From Squalus acanthias (taxonomy: Eukaryota): a stretch of DNA of 64,000 nucleotides. The translations under genes and the position numbers were made by a program. Below, piece after piece: positions 1-12,689 of this stretch. The DNA is taken from the NCBI GenBank assembly GCA_030390025.1, contig CM059431.1, forward strand, positions 102,922,001 through 102,986,000, given 5' to 3'. Position 1 is the first letter of the stretch. Every line of letters begins with the position of its first letter. Below the pieces are notes generated by a model. It searched no databases and had not been told where the DNA came from. It worked only from the letters and a program-made list of their open reading frames with translations.

Positions 1-49
1 AATCACTGCCCACAGCAGGAACTTTAGAGCAACGAATTACTCCTTATAC

Positions 50-415
50 AAAAGCGAAATACGGCGGATGCTGGAAATCTGAAATAAAAACAGAAAATGC
101 TGGAAACGCTCAGCGGGTCAGGGCAGCGTCTGCGGAGAGAGAAACAGAGAGTTAAACGTTTCAGGTCGGTGACCCTTTAGGTCAGAACTGGAAAAAGTTA
201 GAGATGTAACAGGTTTTAAGGCAGGGAAAGAGGGGAGGGGAAGGAAAGAAAAGAACAAAAGGGAAGGTCTGTGATAGGGTGGAAGGCAGGAGAGATTAAA
301 TGACAAAAGGGATGATGGTGCGAGGCCAAAAGGAGATGGTAATGGGACAAGTAAAGAAACAAAAGGTGGGTCTAGAGGAGGTGTAAATGGAAATGGCAGA
401 ATCATCAACAGCTGC
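50..415 (-). mobile_element. Short non-autonomous Penelope-derived element (family 2), degenerate hammerhead core
   Basis: Reverse complement matches 15435..15770 and 20511..20841; core reads ctgacctaaagggtcaccgacctgaaacgtt. Confidence 0.7.
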
Positions 416-829
416 CAAGGAATTGCAATTACTTTTTATTGCAATTGTTGTGTATTTAATATTACGTCAATGGCTTCAATAAAATGTGTCTTTCTCCACA
501 AATGATTTCAAATATTCCAGCAATATCAAATATGACTTCCCTTTCAGTTAAAACCATAACCTCGTGGCTAATGGATAGCTATTTTATTACAAATTATACC
601 ACTTATGTAGAGAAATGACCTCCCAGTTAAAAGACAAAGCAAACTGATAATGAGAATATATGTTTAAAGGGAACATTTACTCAAACACTGATTAATTTCC
701 CCATCTAGTCCATAACGTTTGTTTAATAGGAATGATTGGCTGAAGGGAATTCTATTCTCACTACAGGGGTCTTCCCATTAACAAGCTGCTACTGCGCTGG
801 ATAAATCATATCCTGGACCGCTAGTTACA

Positions 830-1020
830 CCATTTACTCTGGCAGTTTAAGGAATTGCTGTTAGTTTGGGATGGCAAGAATCAGGCCGACTTGGTGAACG
901 CGAAGAACAGTCTTGTTCCTTTCTGTGTCCAAAACTGTCTAAATTGTGCCCCGAACCTCTACCACCAAAGTACCGGATCTCCTGCCCGTTATATCAGCGC
1001 AATCCGGGCGGAACCGGCGC
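830..1020 (+). repeat. Unclassified ~190-bp repeat, inverted copy at 2785..2977
   Basis: ccatttactctggcagtttaaggaattgctgttagtttgggatggcaag... recurs reverse-complemented; track translations of both copies match (LLVWDGK..LVPFCVQNCLNCAPNL). Confidence 0.8.
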
Positions 1021-1030
1021 AACCGGCGCA

Positions 1031-1635
1031 AAACATAGAAACATAGAAGATAGGAGCAGGAGTAGGCCATTCGGCCCCTCGAACCTGCTCCGCCATTCAA
1101 TGCGATCATGGCTGATCATCCAAATTCAGTACCCTGTCCCTGCTTTCTCCCCATATCCCTTGATCCCCTTAGCCTTAAGAAATATATCTAACTCCTTCTT
1201 GAATATATTTAATGAATTGGACTCAACTGTCTTCAGTGGTAGAGAATTCCACAGGTTCACCACTCTCTGGGTGAAGAAATTCCTCCTCATCTCAGTCCTA
1301 AATGGCTTACCCCTTATCTTTAGACTGTGACCCCTGGTTCTGGACTGCCCCGACCATCGGGAACATCCTTCCTGCATCTAGTCTGTCTAGTCCTGTTAGA
1401 ATTTTATAAGTTTCAATGAGATCCCCTCTCATTCTTCTAAACTCTAGCGAATACAAGCCCAATCGACCCAATCTCTCTTCATACGTTATTCCTGCCATCC
1501 CAGGTATCAGTCTGGTAAATCTTCGCTGCACTCCCTCCATGGCAAGAACATCCATCCTCAGATAAGGCGACCAAAACTGCACACAATACTCAAGCTGTGC
1601 ACACAATACTCAAGGTGTGCACACAATACTCAAGA
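1031..1635 (-). mobile_element. CR1 LINE 3' fragment
   Basis: ORF2 C-terminus ([39 protein letters not shown]), 3' stem-loop and ttctatgt tail. Confidence 0.95.
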
Positions 1636-1911
1636 CCGTGGAATTTTAAAAGTAGGTGAGTTACGCCCCCAAAACCACTCACGCTCGTGTTTTCCCCGAT
1701 CTTTTACGTTGGTTCGAGATTTGATTCGTGCCGAATCAGGCCCCGCCCGCCAGGTCGACATTGCGAGATTCCGCTGGTTCAGGAAGGCTCTTCAAATCGC
1801 GCTCATCGTCTGAGGTGCACAGGCACCAGTCGGCACCTTTTAAACGTTTTTTTTTCCATGTCAAAAAATATCTAATTTACGAAGAAACTGACTAGTGTAC
1901 ACCAATAAAGC

Positions 1912-2045
1912 TGTTCTGATGAAGGGTCATCGACCCGAACCGTTAACTCGGTTTCTCTCTCCACAGATGCTGCCTGACCAACTGAGTGTTTTCCAGCATT
2001 TTCTGTTGTTATTTCAGATTTCCAGCATCCGCAGTGTTTTGCTAT
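1912..2045 (+). mobile_element. Penelope-derived family 2 fragment with hammerhead-like core
   Basis: CTGATGA(1916)-A-GGGTC/atc/GACCC-GAAC(mutated GAAA)-CGTT-AACT, then tttctctctccacagATG. Confidence 0.75.
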
Positions 2046-2219
2046 TGCACAAGCTATGAAATGGTTCAGTATAGTTTTTTTTAAGAGACATTTTCAGTAA
2101 TTTTAAATTGGGTTACTTACAGGCGGAGGACTGGAGACTCTGATTAAAAACGTTGTCAGCTGTATTATTAATAAAACTGCACCAGGTTACCGCTCTTAGA
2201 ATACATCAAGGAAGACTTG

Positions 2220-2738
2220 TGTGATAGAATACTCTCCACTTGCCTGGATGAGTGCAGCTCCAACAACACTCAAGAAGCTCGACACCATCCAGGACAAAGC
2301 AGCCCGCTCGATCAGCACCCCATCCACCACCTTAAACATTCACTCCCTCCACCACCGGCGTACCGTGGCTGCAGTGTGTACCATCTACAAGATGCACTGC
2401 AGCAACTCGCCAAGGCTTCCTCGGCAGCACCTCCCAAACCCGTGACCTCTTCCACCTAGAAGGACAAGGGCAGCAGGTGCATGGGAAGACCACCACCTCC
2501 AGGTTCCCCTCCAAGTCACACACCATCCTGACTTGGAAGTATATCGCCATTCCTTCATCGTCGCTGGGTCAAAATCCTGGAACTCCCTCCCTAACAGCAC
2601 TGTGGGAGCACCTTCACCACACAGACTGCAGCGGTTGAAGAAGGCGGCTCACCACCACCTTCTCAAGGGGCAATTAGGGATGGGCAATAAACGCCGGCCT
2701 TGCCAGCGACACCCACATCCCAGGAACGAATAAAAAAG
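2220..2738 (+). mobile_element. CR1/L2-group LINE 3' fragment (distinct family; further copies 13154..13340, 61812..62260, 62875..63160)
   Basis: EYSPLAWMSAAPTTLKKLDTIQDKAAR...SLHHRR...WNSLP is a non-LTR ORF2 C-terminus; A-rich tail; four copies in the window. Confidence 0.85.
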
Positions 2739-2784
2739 AAAGCTGTGGTTCAGTTGGTAGCACGCTCACCTCTGAGTCAGAAGG

Positions 2785-2977
2785 TTCCGCCGCCTCCGCC
2801 TGGATTGCACTGATGTAACGGACAGGAGCTCTGGTACTTTGGTGGAAGAGGTTAGGGGCACAATTTAGACAGTTTTGGACACAGAAAGGAACAAGACTTT
2901 TCTTCGCGTTCACCAAGTCGCCCTGCTCCTTGCCATCCCAAACTAACAGCAATTCCTTAAACTGCCAGAGTAAATGG
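2785..2977 (-). repeat. Inverted copy of the 830..1020 repeat
   Basis: By-eye alignment to 830..1020. Confidence 0.8.
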
Positions 2978-3276
2978 CTTAATATACCGCCGAACATAAA
3001 ACCTGCCAAGAACCAGCGCAATGGGGCAGCATTTTAGAATGTAATTAAAAAAAAATGTTTGCATGAAAAAATATTCCTTGATGTATTTAAGAGCGGTAAC
3101 CTGGTGCAGTTTGATTAACACAGCTGAAAAGGGGATTATCACCAAAAATAAGCATTTTTAATCAGAGTGTCTGGTCCACCACCTGTGAATAACCTGATTT
3201 TAAATAACTGAAAATGACTTAAAAGAAAAAGATACAGAACCATTTACTAGTTACAGTGGTGTACAGTACTCAGTTT

Positions 3277-5007
3277 AAGAGCATAAGAAATAGGAGCAGG
3301 AGTAGGCCATATGGCCCCTCGAGCCTGCTCCGCCATTTAATAAGATCACAGCTGATCTTCAACCTCAACTCCACTTTCCCGCTCGATCTCCAGATCCCTT
3401 GATTCCCCAAGAGTCCAAAAATCTATCTATTTCAGCCTTGAATATACTCAAAGATTCAGCATGCACAGCCCTCTGGGGCAGAGAATTCCAAAGATTCACA
3501 ACCCTCTGAGTGAAGAAATTCCTCCTCATCTCAGTCTTAAATGGCCGACCCCTTATCCTGAGACTATGCCCCCTAGCTCTAGACACTCCAGCCAGGGGAA
3601 ACAACCTCTCAGCATCTACCCTGTCAATCCACCTCAAAATCTTGTATGTTTCAATGAGATCACCTCTCATTCTTCTAAACTCCAGAGAGTATCGGTCCAT
3701 TCTACACAATCTCTCATCATAGGACAGCCCTCTCATCCCAGGAATCAATCTCGTGAATCCTCGTTGCACCGCCTCCAAGGCAAGTATATCCTTTATTAGA
3801 TAAGGAGACCAAAACTGTGCATAGTACTCCAGGTGTGGTCTCACCAACGCCCTGTACAATTGTAGCAAGACTTCCTTACTCTTAGACTCCAACCCCCTTG
3901 CAATAAAGGCCAACATGCCATTTTCCTTCTTTATTGTTAGCTGTACCTGCATGCTAGCTTTCTGTGTTTCTTGTACGAGGACACCCAAATCTCTCTCAAC
4001 ACCAACATTTGAAAGTTTCTCACCGTTTAAAAAATATTCTGTTTTTCTATTCTTCTTACCAAAGTGAATAACCTCACATTTCCCTACATTATACTCCATC
4101 TGCCACCTTACTGCCCACTCACTCAGTCTATCTATATCCCTTTGCAGACTCTTTGTGTTCTCCTCACAACTGACTGTCCCACCTAGCTTTGTATCATCAG
4201 CAAACTTGGATACATTACACTCGGTCCCTTCATTCAGGTCATTAATATTGATTGTAAATAGCTGAGGACCCAACACTGATCCTTGCGGCACCCCACTAGT
4301 TACAGCCTGCCAACCTGAAAAAGATCCGTTTATCCCTACTCTCTGTTTTCTGTCCGTTAACCAATCCTCTATCCATGCTATTATATTACCCCCAACCCAT
4401 GAGCCCCAATCTTGTGTAATAACCTTTTATGTGGCACCTTATCGAATGCCTTTTGGAAATCCAAATATACTACATCCACTGGTTCCCCTTTATCTACCCT
4501 ACTAGTTACATCCTCAAAAAACTCTAATAAATTTGTTAAACACCATTTCCCTTTCATAAATCCATGTTAACTCTGCCTAATCATGTCATGATTTTCTAAG
4601 TGCCCTGATACCACTTCCTTAACAATGGATTCCAGCATTTTCCTGATGACTGATGTCAGGCTAACTGGCCTGTAGGTCCCTGTTTTCTCTCTCCCTCCTT
4701 TCTTGAATAGCGGTGTTACATTTGCGACCTTCCAATCTGCTGGGACCATTCTAGAATCTAGGGAATTTTGGAAGATCACAACCAATGCATCCACTATCTC
4801 TGCAACCACTTCTTTTAGAACCCTAGGATGTAGGCCATCAGGTCCAAGGGATTTGTTGGCTTTTAGTTTGTCCCATTAGTTTCTCTAGTACTTTTTCTCT
4901 ACTTATATTAATTACGTTAAGTTCCTCACCCTCATTAGACCCTTGGTTACCCACCATTTTTGGTATGCTTTTTGTGTCTTCTACTGTGAAGACAGATACA
5001 AAATATT
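3277..5007 (-). mobile_element. CR1 LINE, 5'-truncated, RT region
   Basis: 308-aa frame with PQGSVLGP and KFADDTKL; upstream DWKVANVTPLFKKG, YRPVSLTS; frameshifted. Confidence 0.95.
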
Positions 5008-5314
5008 TTCTTATTAAATTAAAAAAAATATATGTTTAGAAGCTTTTAAAACAAGCCTATTCGTGTCCTTGCCCCTAAAAAAAAGCTTAATTTTAAGAGC
5101 CTCCTTGAAGGCTTGCAAATGGGAGCAATTAGCGGAAACTCGCCCTGGTGATTAATTCGATCTGGGGGCGGGGCCAATTTTGTGGGGGCGGGGCCGGCTT
5201 CTAGCGCAATGTTTTTTAAAAAATGGCACAAAAAATTTTGGACAGTTGATTTGCACCGGATGTATTTTGCGCTTGAAATTCCTCGATCTTTTGCGCTGGT
5301 TTGGCTGATTTTGG

Positions 5315-5781
5315 AGTAGGCTATTGAGTAGACTAGGCCTGTAATTGAGTAGACTAGGCCTATATTCTCTAGAGTTTAGAAGAATGAGAGGTGATCTCAT
5401 TGAAACGTACAAAATTCTTACAGGGCTTGACAGGGTAGATGCAGGGAGGATGTTTCCCCTGGCTGGGGAGTCTAGAACCAGGGGTCACAGTCTCAGAATA
5501 AAGGGTCGGCCATTTAGGACTGAGATGAGGAGAAATTTCTTCACTCAGAGGGTGGTGAATCTTTGGAATTCTCTACCCCAGAGGGCAGTGGAGGCTCAGT
5601 CATTGAGTATATTCAAGACAGAGATCGATAGATTTTTGAATATTAAGGGAATCAAGGGATATGGGGATAGTGCGGGAAAGTGGAGTTGAGGTAGAAGATC
5701 AGCCATGATCTTATTGAATGGCGGAGCAGGCTCGAGGGGCCGAATGGCCGACTCCTGCTCCTATTTCTTATGTTCTTATGT
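5315..5781 (+). mobile_element. CR1 LINE 3' fragment inserted in a MITE-like remnant (~5010..5833)
   Basis: LGLYSLEFRRMRGDL...WNSLP; ttcttatg tail. Confidence 0.9.
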
Positions 5782-6020
5782 TTGGGTGAATTGCGGTGAA
5801 AAAAAGCGCGCAAGCGAGCGGAAACTCCCGGCCATAATGTGGAAAGTTTCCAGATGGGCAGCTACTTGAAAATTCCAGGTCAGAGAAACCAGCATGAAAT
5901 GACTGGCTTTCTATCTCTTTTTTTTTGTTGACAATTTGAAGTGTGATGTCAGAAATGTGACCATGAGAAGCGTGACAGTCATGTGCCAGACCCGAGGCTA
6001 TACAGTAGTTGGTCCCCTTA

Positions 6021-7627
6021 AACAACAACAACAATTTACATTCATATAGCCCCTTCAACGTAACAAAAAGTCTCAAGAAGCTTCACAGGAGCGTTATCAA
6101 TAACAAAATTTGACACCGGAGCCACATAAGGAGATATTAGGGCAGATGAGGTAGGTTTTAAGGAGCATCTTAAAGGAGGAGAGAGAGGTGGAGAGGCGGA
6201 GAGGTTTAGGGAGGGAATTCCAGAGCTTAGGGCCGAGGAAGCTGAAGACACGGCCGCCAATGGTGGAGCGATTATAATCAAGGATGCTCAAGAGGGCAGA
6301 ATTAGAGGAGCGCAGATATCTCCGGGGGGTTGTGGGGCTGAGGAGATTACAGAGATAGAGAGGGAGCGAGTCTATGGAGGGATTTGAAAACAAGGATGAG
6401 AATTTTGAAATCGAGGCGTTGCTTAACCGGGAGCCAATGTAGGTCAGCGAGCACAGGGGTGATGGGTGAACGGGACTTGGTGCGAGTTAGGACACGGGCA
6501 GCCGAGTTTTGGATGACCTCAAGTTTACGTCAGGTAGAACGTGGGAGGCCAGCCAGGAGTGCGTTGGAATAGTCAAGTCTAGAGGTAACAAAGGCATGGA
6601 TGAGAGTTTCAGCAGTGGATGAGCTGAGGCAGGGATGGAGGCGAGCGAAGTTGCGGAGGTGGAAATAGGCACGGATATGTGGTCGGAAGTTCATCTTGGG
6701 GTCTAATATAACACCAAAGTTGCGAACAGTGTGGTTCAGCCTCAGACAGTTGCCAGGGAGAGGGATGGAGTCAGTATCTAGGGAACAGAGTTTGTGGCGG
6801 GAACCGAAGACAACAGCTTCGGTCTTCCCAATATTTAGTTGGAGGAAATTTCTGCTAATCCAGAACTGGATGTCGGACAAGTAGTGTGACAATTTAGTGG
6901 CAGTGGAGGGGTCGAGAGAAGAGATAGTGAGGTAGAGCTGGGTGTCGTCAGCGTACATGTGGAAACTGACGCTGTGTTTTCGGATGATGTCGCCAAGGGG
7001 CAACATGTAGATGAGAAATAGGAGGGGGCCAAGGATAGATCCTTGGGGACACCAGAAGGTAATGGTGCAGGAGCAGGAAGAGAAGCTGTTGCAGGTGATT
7101 CTCTGGCTACGATTAGATAGATAAGAATGGAACTAGGCGAGTGCAGTCCCACCCAGCTGGACGACGGTGGAGAGGCATTGGAGGAAGATGGTGTAGTCAA
7201 CCGTGTCAAAGGCTGCAAACAAGTCAAAAAGGATGAGGAGGGATAGTTTACCTTTGTCACAGTCACAAAGGATGTCATTTGTGAGTTTGATGAGAGCCGT
7301 TTCGGTACTGTGGCAGGGGCGGAAACCTGATTGGAGGGATTCAAACATGGAGTTCCGGGAAAGATGGGCACGGATTTGGGAGGCGACAACACGTTCAAGA
7401 ACTTTGGAGAGGAAAGGAAGGTTGAAGATGGGGCAGTAGTTTGCAAGGAGGGAGGAGTCAAGGGTTGTTTTTTTGAGGAGAGGGGTGATGACGGCAGATT
7501 TGAGGGAGAGGGGGACAGTACCTGAGGAGAGAGAACTGTTAACAATATCAGCTAACTTGGGAACCAGAAAAGGAAGTTGGGTGGTCAGCAGTTTGGTGGG
7601 AATAGGGCCGAGGGAGCAGGAGGTGGG
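6021..7627 (-). mobile_element. L2 LINE 3' portion (RT remnant)
   Basis: [45 protein letters not shown]; (ttg)n tail. Shorter L2 3' pieces at 17741..18225 (+) and ~11505..11760 (-). Confidence 0.93.
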
Positions 7628-7756
7628 AAGTGCTAAGATAAGTAGAGGTGTGTTAACGGGAAGGAGAACAATATGCAGAAATGTTTAACTCTTCCTGCCA
7701 GACGGGAAGCGGGCAGCAGTTGATCAGCCACCTGTTTGACACCTGACTTGATTTTT

Positions 7757-8790
7757 TACATAGGATTACACAGGATATACGGCACAGAAACAGGCCATTC
7801 GGCCCAACCAGTCCATGCCGGAGTTTATGCTCCTCTCGAGCCTCCTCCCGTCTTTCCTCATCTAACTCTATCAGCATAACCCTCTATTCCCTTCTCCCTC
7901 ATATGCTTGTCTAGCCTCCCTTAATTGCATCCATACTATTCGCTTCAACCACTCCCTGTGGTAGCGAGTTCCACATTCTCACCACTCCCTGGGTAAAGAA
8001 GTTCCTTCTGAATTCCCTATTGGATTTTTTGGTGACTATCTTATATTGATGGCTTCTAGTTTTGCTCTTCCCAACAAGTGGAAACATTTTCTCTGTATCC
8101 ACTCTATCAAAACCTTTCATAATTTTAAAGACCTCTATTAGGTCATCCCTCAGCCTTCTCTTTTCAAGAGAAAGAGACCCAGCCTGTTTATCCTCTCCTG
8201 ATATATCTAACCTCGCATTTCTGGTATCATCTTGTAAATCTTCTCTGCACCCTCTCCAGTGCCTCTATATCTTTTTATAACATGGCGACCAGAACTGCAC
8301 GCAATACTTTAAGTGTGGTCTAACCAAGGTTCGATACAGGTTGAGTATAACTTCCCTACTTTTCAATTCTATCCCTCTAGAAATAAACCCTAGTGCTTGG
8401 TTTGCATTTTTAATAGCCTTGCTAACCTGTCCACTTTTAATGTCGCAACTTTTAGTGATTTGTGTATTTGTACTCCGAGATCCCTTTGTGCCTCTACCCC
8501 ACCGAGACTCGCACCCTCCAAGTAATATGTGACCTCCCTATTCTTCCTACCAAAATGTAATACCTCACAGTTATCTGTGTTGAACTTCATTTGCCAATTA
8601 TTTGCCATTCTACAAGTTTATTAATGTCCTCCTGTAACTTGTTGCAGTCCTCCTCAGTATTGACTATCCCCCTCCTTAATTTGGTGTCATCCGCAAATTT
8701 AGAAATTGTGTTTTTGATTCCAAGGTCTAAATCGTTAATATAAATTGTGAACAGCAGTGGTTCCAGCACTGATCCTTGTGGAATACCACT
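7757..8790 (-). mobile_element. CR1 LINE 3' fragment (subfamily B)
   Basis: GIPQGSVLEP, KFADDTKL, RRNFFTQGVVRMWNSLP; same subfamily as 36755..37680 and 51341..55985. Confidence 0.93.
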
Positions 8791-8949
8791 GATTTTACTT
8801 TCCATTGAAGCCAAAGGAGAGGAAAAATCGGACGGAGTCCAAACGCTTTCCTACCTCTCGGGAAAAGTAAAGATCGACCACGATATATTAAAACCTATTG
8901 TCTGTAAAAAAATGATTGAATGTCCTTTTAAGGAATTGATGAAGGCAAT

Positions 8950-9482
8950 GGGCCGTATTTTCCGATCGGAGGCTTCCCGCGTGCGGAGGCCTCCGATCTG
9001 GAAAAAATCTACGGACTTACCTGAGGGCTCCCGCGGTGTGTACAGTTCCGATGCTGGGCCTCTCCAACTCCAAGTGCGCAGGGCCCACGTATCCCAGGGG
9101 GCGCAGGCAGTTCGCAAGCGTCCCTGGGAATCACGTGGGCCATGGGGAGCCAATCAAAGAAGGGAATCTCCCTTCATACACTTGACAGATAGACCCGTCA
9201 AATATATGAATGGAGATCACCCCAAAAACAGAGTAAAACTTTAAACCAAGCGTAAGATTTCTAAGGGTTTTCTGCGGGCGGAGAGTCTCCAGAAAGCGGA
9301 ACTCTCCCCCCGCAGAGGCCCTTCTCCAGGGCAGGCGTCCGATCTGTCAAGAGCATTCTTGACAGATAGGAAATGCCGGTTTTCAGCGCATGCGCTATGC
9401 ACGCCTGAAACCGGCACTTCCGATGTTCCTACGGGTGGGTACACAGCGCGTACACACCCGTAGGGATCGGAATATCCGGGCC
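8950..9482. mobile_element. MITE family A, internally deleted copy
   Basis: TIR gggccgtattttccgatc / gatcggaatatccgggcc; body matches 11969..12689. Confidence 0.85.
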
Positions 9483-11500
9483 ATAGAGTCCAAGATCTTA
9501 GAGAAGATAGAGATAAACAGCGATAGAGCCATTAAAAAGAAAACTGGATTACTTACACGTAGAAGGAAATTGGACCAGATGGAATGTATCCAAGAACACT
9601 GAAGAAATTAAAGTAGAAATAATGAGAGCTGTGGGTGATGTATTTCACAGTTCATTAAGTACAGCGGAAATGCCACCAGATTGGAAAATGAAAATGTTGA
9701 TCTAATTCCTTTTTTAAAAAAGGTCAGGAGCATAATCCTGGGAATTATAACTCAGTTAACTTGAGATCTTTAGTCTGTTATAAAGAAAGAAAGAAAGACT
9801 TGCATTTATATAGCGCCTTTCACAATCTCAGGACGTCCCAAAGCGCTTTACAGCCAATGAAGTACTTTTTGAAGTGTAGTCGCTGTTGTAATGTAAAGGA
9901 ATTCATTCAACCATTTTTAACAAGCGTAAAGGTAGTAATCCAGATCAATGTGGATTTATTAAAGACTTGCCATACCTGTCAAATTATGGGGAATTACTCG
10001 AATATAGAACAGAATTGCAGATGATAGGATAATGGATGAAATATATCTTGACTTGACAGATGAAATTCAAAGTAGAGAAGTGCAAAGAGCTTCACATAGA
10101 GATGGAAAATCCAGGAAGGGACTTTTACTTAAATTGGAAGAAAATAATGTGCATGGAAAATTAAAGAGATCTGGGGGGAAAAATTCAGTATCGCCCTGTT
10201 TGGGGCGCAATTATCGGCCAGGCGCAAAGATTAGCGCCTGGCGCTAATTATCGCCTCCGACTGCAAACTTGACTTTTATCGCCCCTGGAGGTGATTGGAG
10301 CGCTAAATCAAGTGCTACACATCTGTCTTAAGGCGCAAAGGCCGAGGAGCGAGGCGCTAACTCAGAGCACTGGCGAAGCTCATGTGATGTCAGTCAGCAA
10401 TGGAACACAGACACAATGGCCCCGGCCAGTTCTTAAAGGGGAGGGTTGATCTTGCTTTCCATCCACATCCTGCTCATTGCAGCCTTGAATCTCGGCCTGG
10501 AGAGACCTCGACATCAAATGTGCTGGAAAGAACAATGGAAAGAGCTCAGAGTGCAGCCCCCACAGTCTCTTCTAAATCGATACAAGGAAGGGCAAATCAA
10601 AATGAACCTGCAAAGTGCTGCTCAGTACCCAAAACTCCTTCACACAGCGTTGAATCTCTCCAGAAGTCTCTCTCTCTCTCTCTCTCTCAGAATGCGTGGT
10701 TCAAAAATGTCGCCAACAAAAAAAGGCAGGAAGCGGTCGCCTTTAAATAGCGCTCCCCCAGTCCCTTCCTGACTGCAAAACGCTCCCCTCAACCTGTCGT
10801 TGCTAGCGGCAGGCGGTAAGGCAGGGAGCGCCACTCAATATCCGCTCCGGGGCGCTACCGGGGCATTGCGCACTCGACTGACGTCACGATCTGCCGGCGC
10901 AGGAGTTCGTGGCGGTAGTGTTTAGCGCCACCGCAAAATGTCTAGTTAATTTTGCGAGTGGCGCAAACATTGCCGCGCCCGGGCGCTAGTTGCTTTGCGC
11001 CCCATTAGCGCCCTCTTAAGGCGCTTACGGGAGGCGCAACCAACTGAATTTTCCCCCCCCTGATGTCCTGATTGACAATAAATTGAAGCTATCGCAGCAA
11101 TGCTCAGTGGCAGTGAGTAAAGCAAATCAAATGATGGGATGTAACAAAAGGTCAATATTGAGCCAAAATAGTAAGGTAATCCTGCCACTTTATAAATCAT
11201 TGGTGCGACCCCACTTCGAATACTGTGTACAGTTCCGGTCACCTTACTACAGAAAGGATATTGCAACTATTTGAAAGGATACAGAAAAGAGCAACCAGAA
11301 TGATTGAGGGGATGGAAGGATTGGATTATCAGGAGCGATTGTGTAAATTGTGCTTGTTCTCACTGGAAAAGAGAAGGTTGAGAGGTGATATGATTTTTAG
11401 GATTCTAAAGGGACGAGATAATGTTGACCACGACAAGCTGTCTCACCTTGTCCAGAACAGTAGAACCAGAGGACACGACCTGTGCTTGAAGGGGTTAAAT
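9483..11500 (+). mobile_element. Old degraded CR1 split by a SINE tail (9785..9895) and a MITE (10173..11060)
   Basis: LYKSLVRPHFEYCVQF, FSLEKRRLRGDMI, RTRGH remnants; 3' remnant resumes near 12700. Confidence 0.75.
10173..11060. mobile_element. MITE family B (G-run TIRs, PIF/Harbinger-like)
   Basis: ggggggaaaaattcagt ... actgaattttcccccc; plausible 3-bp TSD ctg; near-identical copy at 16002..16902. Confidence 0.88.
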
Positions 11501-11968
11501 TCAACAACCACTTGTATTTATATAGCGCCTTTAATGTAGTAAAAACATTCCAAAATAACAACAGAAAACGCTGGAAAAACTCAGCAGGCCAGGCAACATC
11601 CGTGGAGAGAGAAAGAGAGTTAACGTTTCAGGTCGAAACCCTTCGTCGGAAACATTCCAAGGCGCTTCACAGGAGCGATTATCAGACAAAATGTGACACC
11701 GAGTCACATAAGGAGATATTAGGACAGGTGACCAAAAAGCTTGGTCAAAGAGGTAGGTTTATCCTTCCATTCCAGGATGTTCCTGGATGTTAGAAGCACA
11801 TCGCCAAAGACAAATCAAAATATCTGGGTAGATTTGCAATCCCATTATATGTTTCCCATTGTAGGTTTCTTCACGTGTCCGCAGACCCACTTGCAAAAAC
11901 AACACATTATCGAATGAAAGAGTACAATTGGCCGCATGTTCCGGTCAAAACTAATCTGCGGAAACAAT

Positions 11969-12689
11969 GGGCCGTATTTCCGATCGGAGGCTTCCCGCGT
12001 GTGGAAGGTCTCCGATCTGGAAAAATCTACGGACTTACCTGAGGGCTCCCGGGACGCACACACTTCCGCTCCTGGGCCTCTCCAAACTCCAAGTGCGCAG
12101 GGCCCAGGTATCCCAGGGGCGCAGGCAGTTCGCAGCGTCCCTGGGATCACGTGGGCCATGGAGAGCCAATAGGAGAAGGGAATCTCCCTTCATACATTTG
12201 ACAGGAAGACCTGTCAAATATATGAATGGAGATCACCCCCAAAACATAGTAAAACATTAAATAAATTTAAAAAAAGACCATCACCTTTTAAAATTAGTTG
12301 AAATTACAATAAATTAAATATTTTAAACAAAAATTTAATTTTTTGAAAAATATAATTAAAGTTTTTACGGGGCTAAAAATAAATTTACCTTTTTTAAAGT
12401 ATTTTTAAATGATAAATGAGTGGGAAAAAAATTCTTTTTTACTTTTTTCAACTCTTATCCAGGCGTAAGATTTGTAAGGGTTTTCTGCGAGCGGAGGTTC
12501 TCCAGAAAGTGGAACACTCCACCCACAGAGGCCCTTCTCCGGGGCAGGCGTCCGATCGGCCAAGAGCATTTTCTGTCAAGAGCCGGTTTTCAGCGCATGC
12601 CCTGTGCACGCCTGAAACTGGCATTTCCGATGTCCCTACGGGTGCGTACACAGCTCGTACACACCCGTAGGGATCGGAATATCCGGCCC
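11969..12689. mobile_element. MITE family A, complete (PIF/Harbinger-like)
   Basis: TIR gggccgtatttccgatc / gatcggaatatccggccc; perfect 3-bp TSD aat; GC-rich arms and AT-rich centre. Confidence 0.92.

Noticed and set aside
10400..10772. Duplicated 108-128 aa ORFs (also 16229..16615) as host genes
   Set aside because: Inside MITE family B; frames shift with (ct)n length; no recognisable domain.
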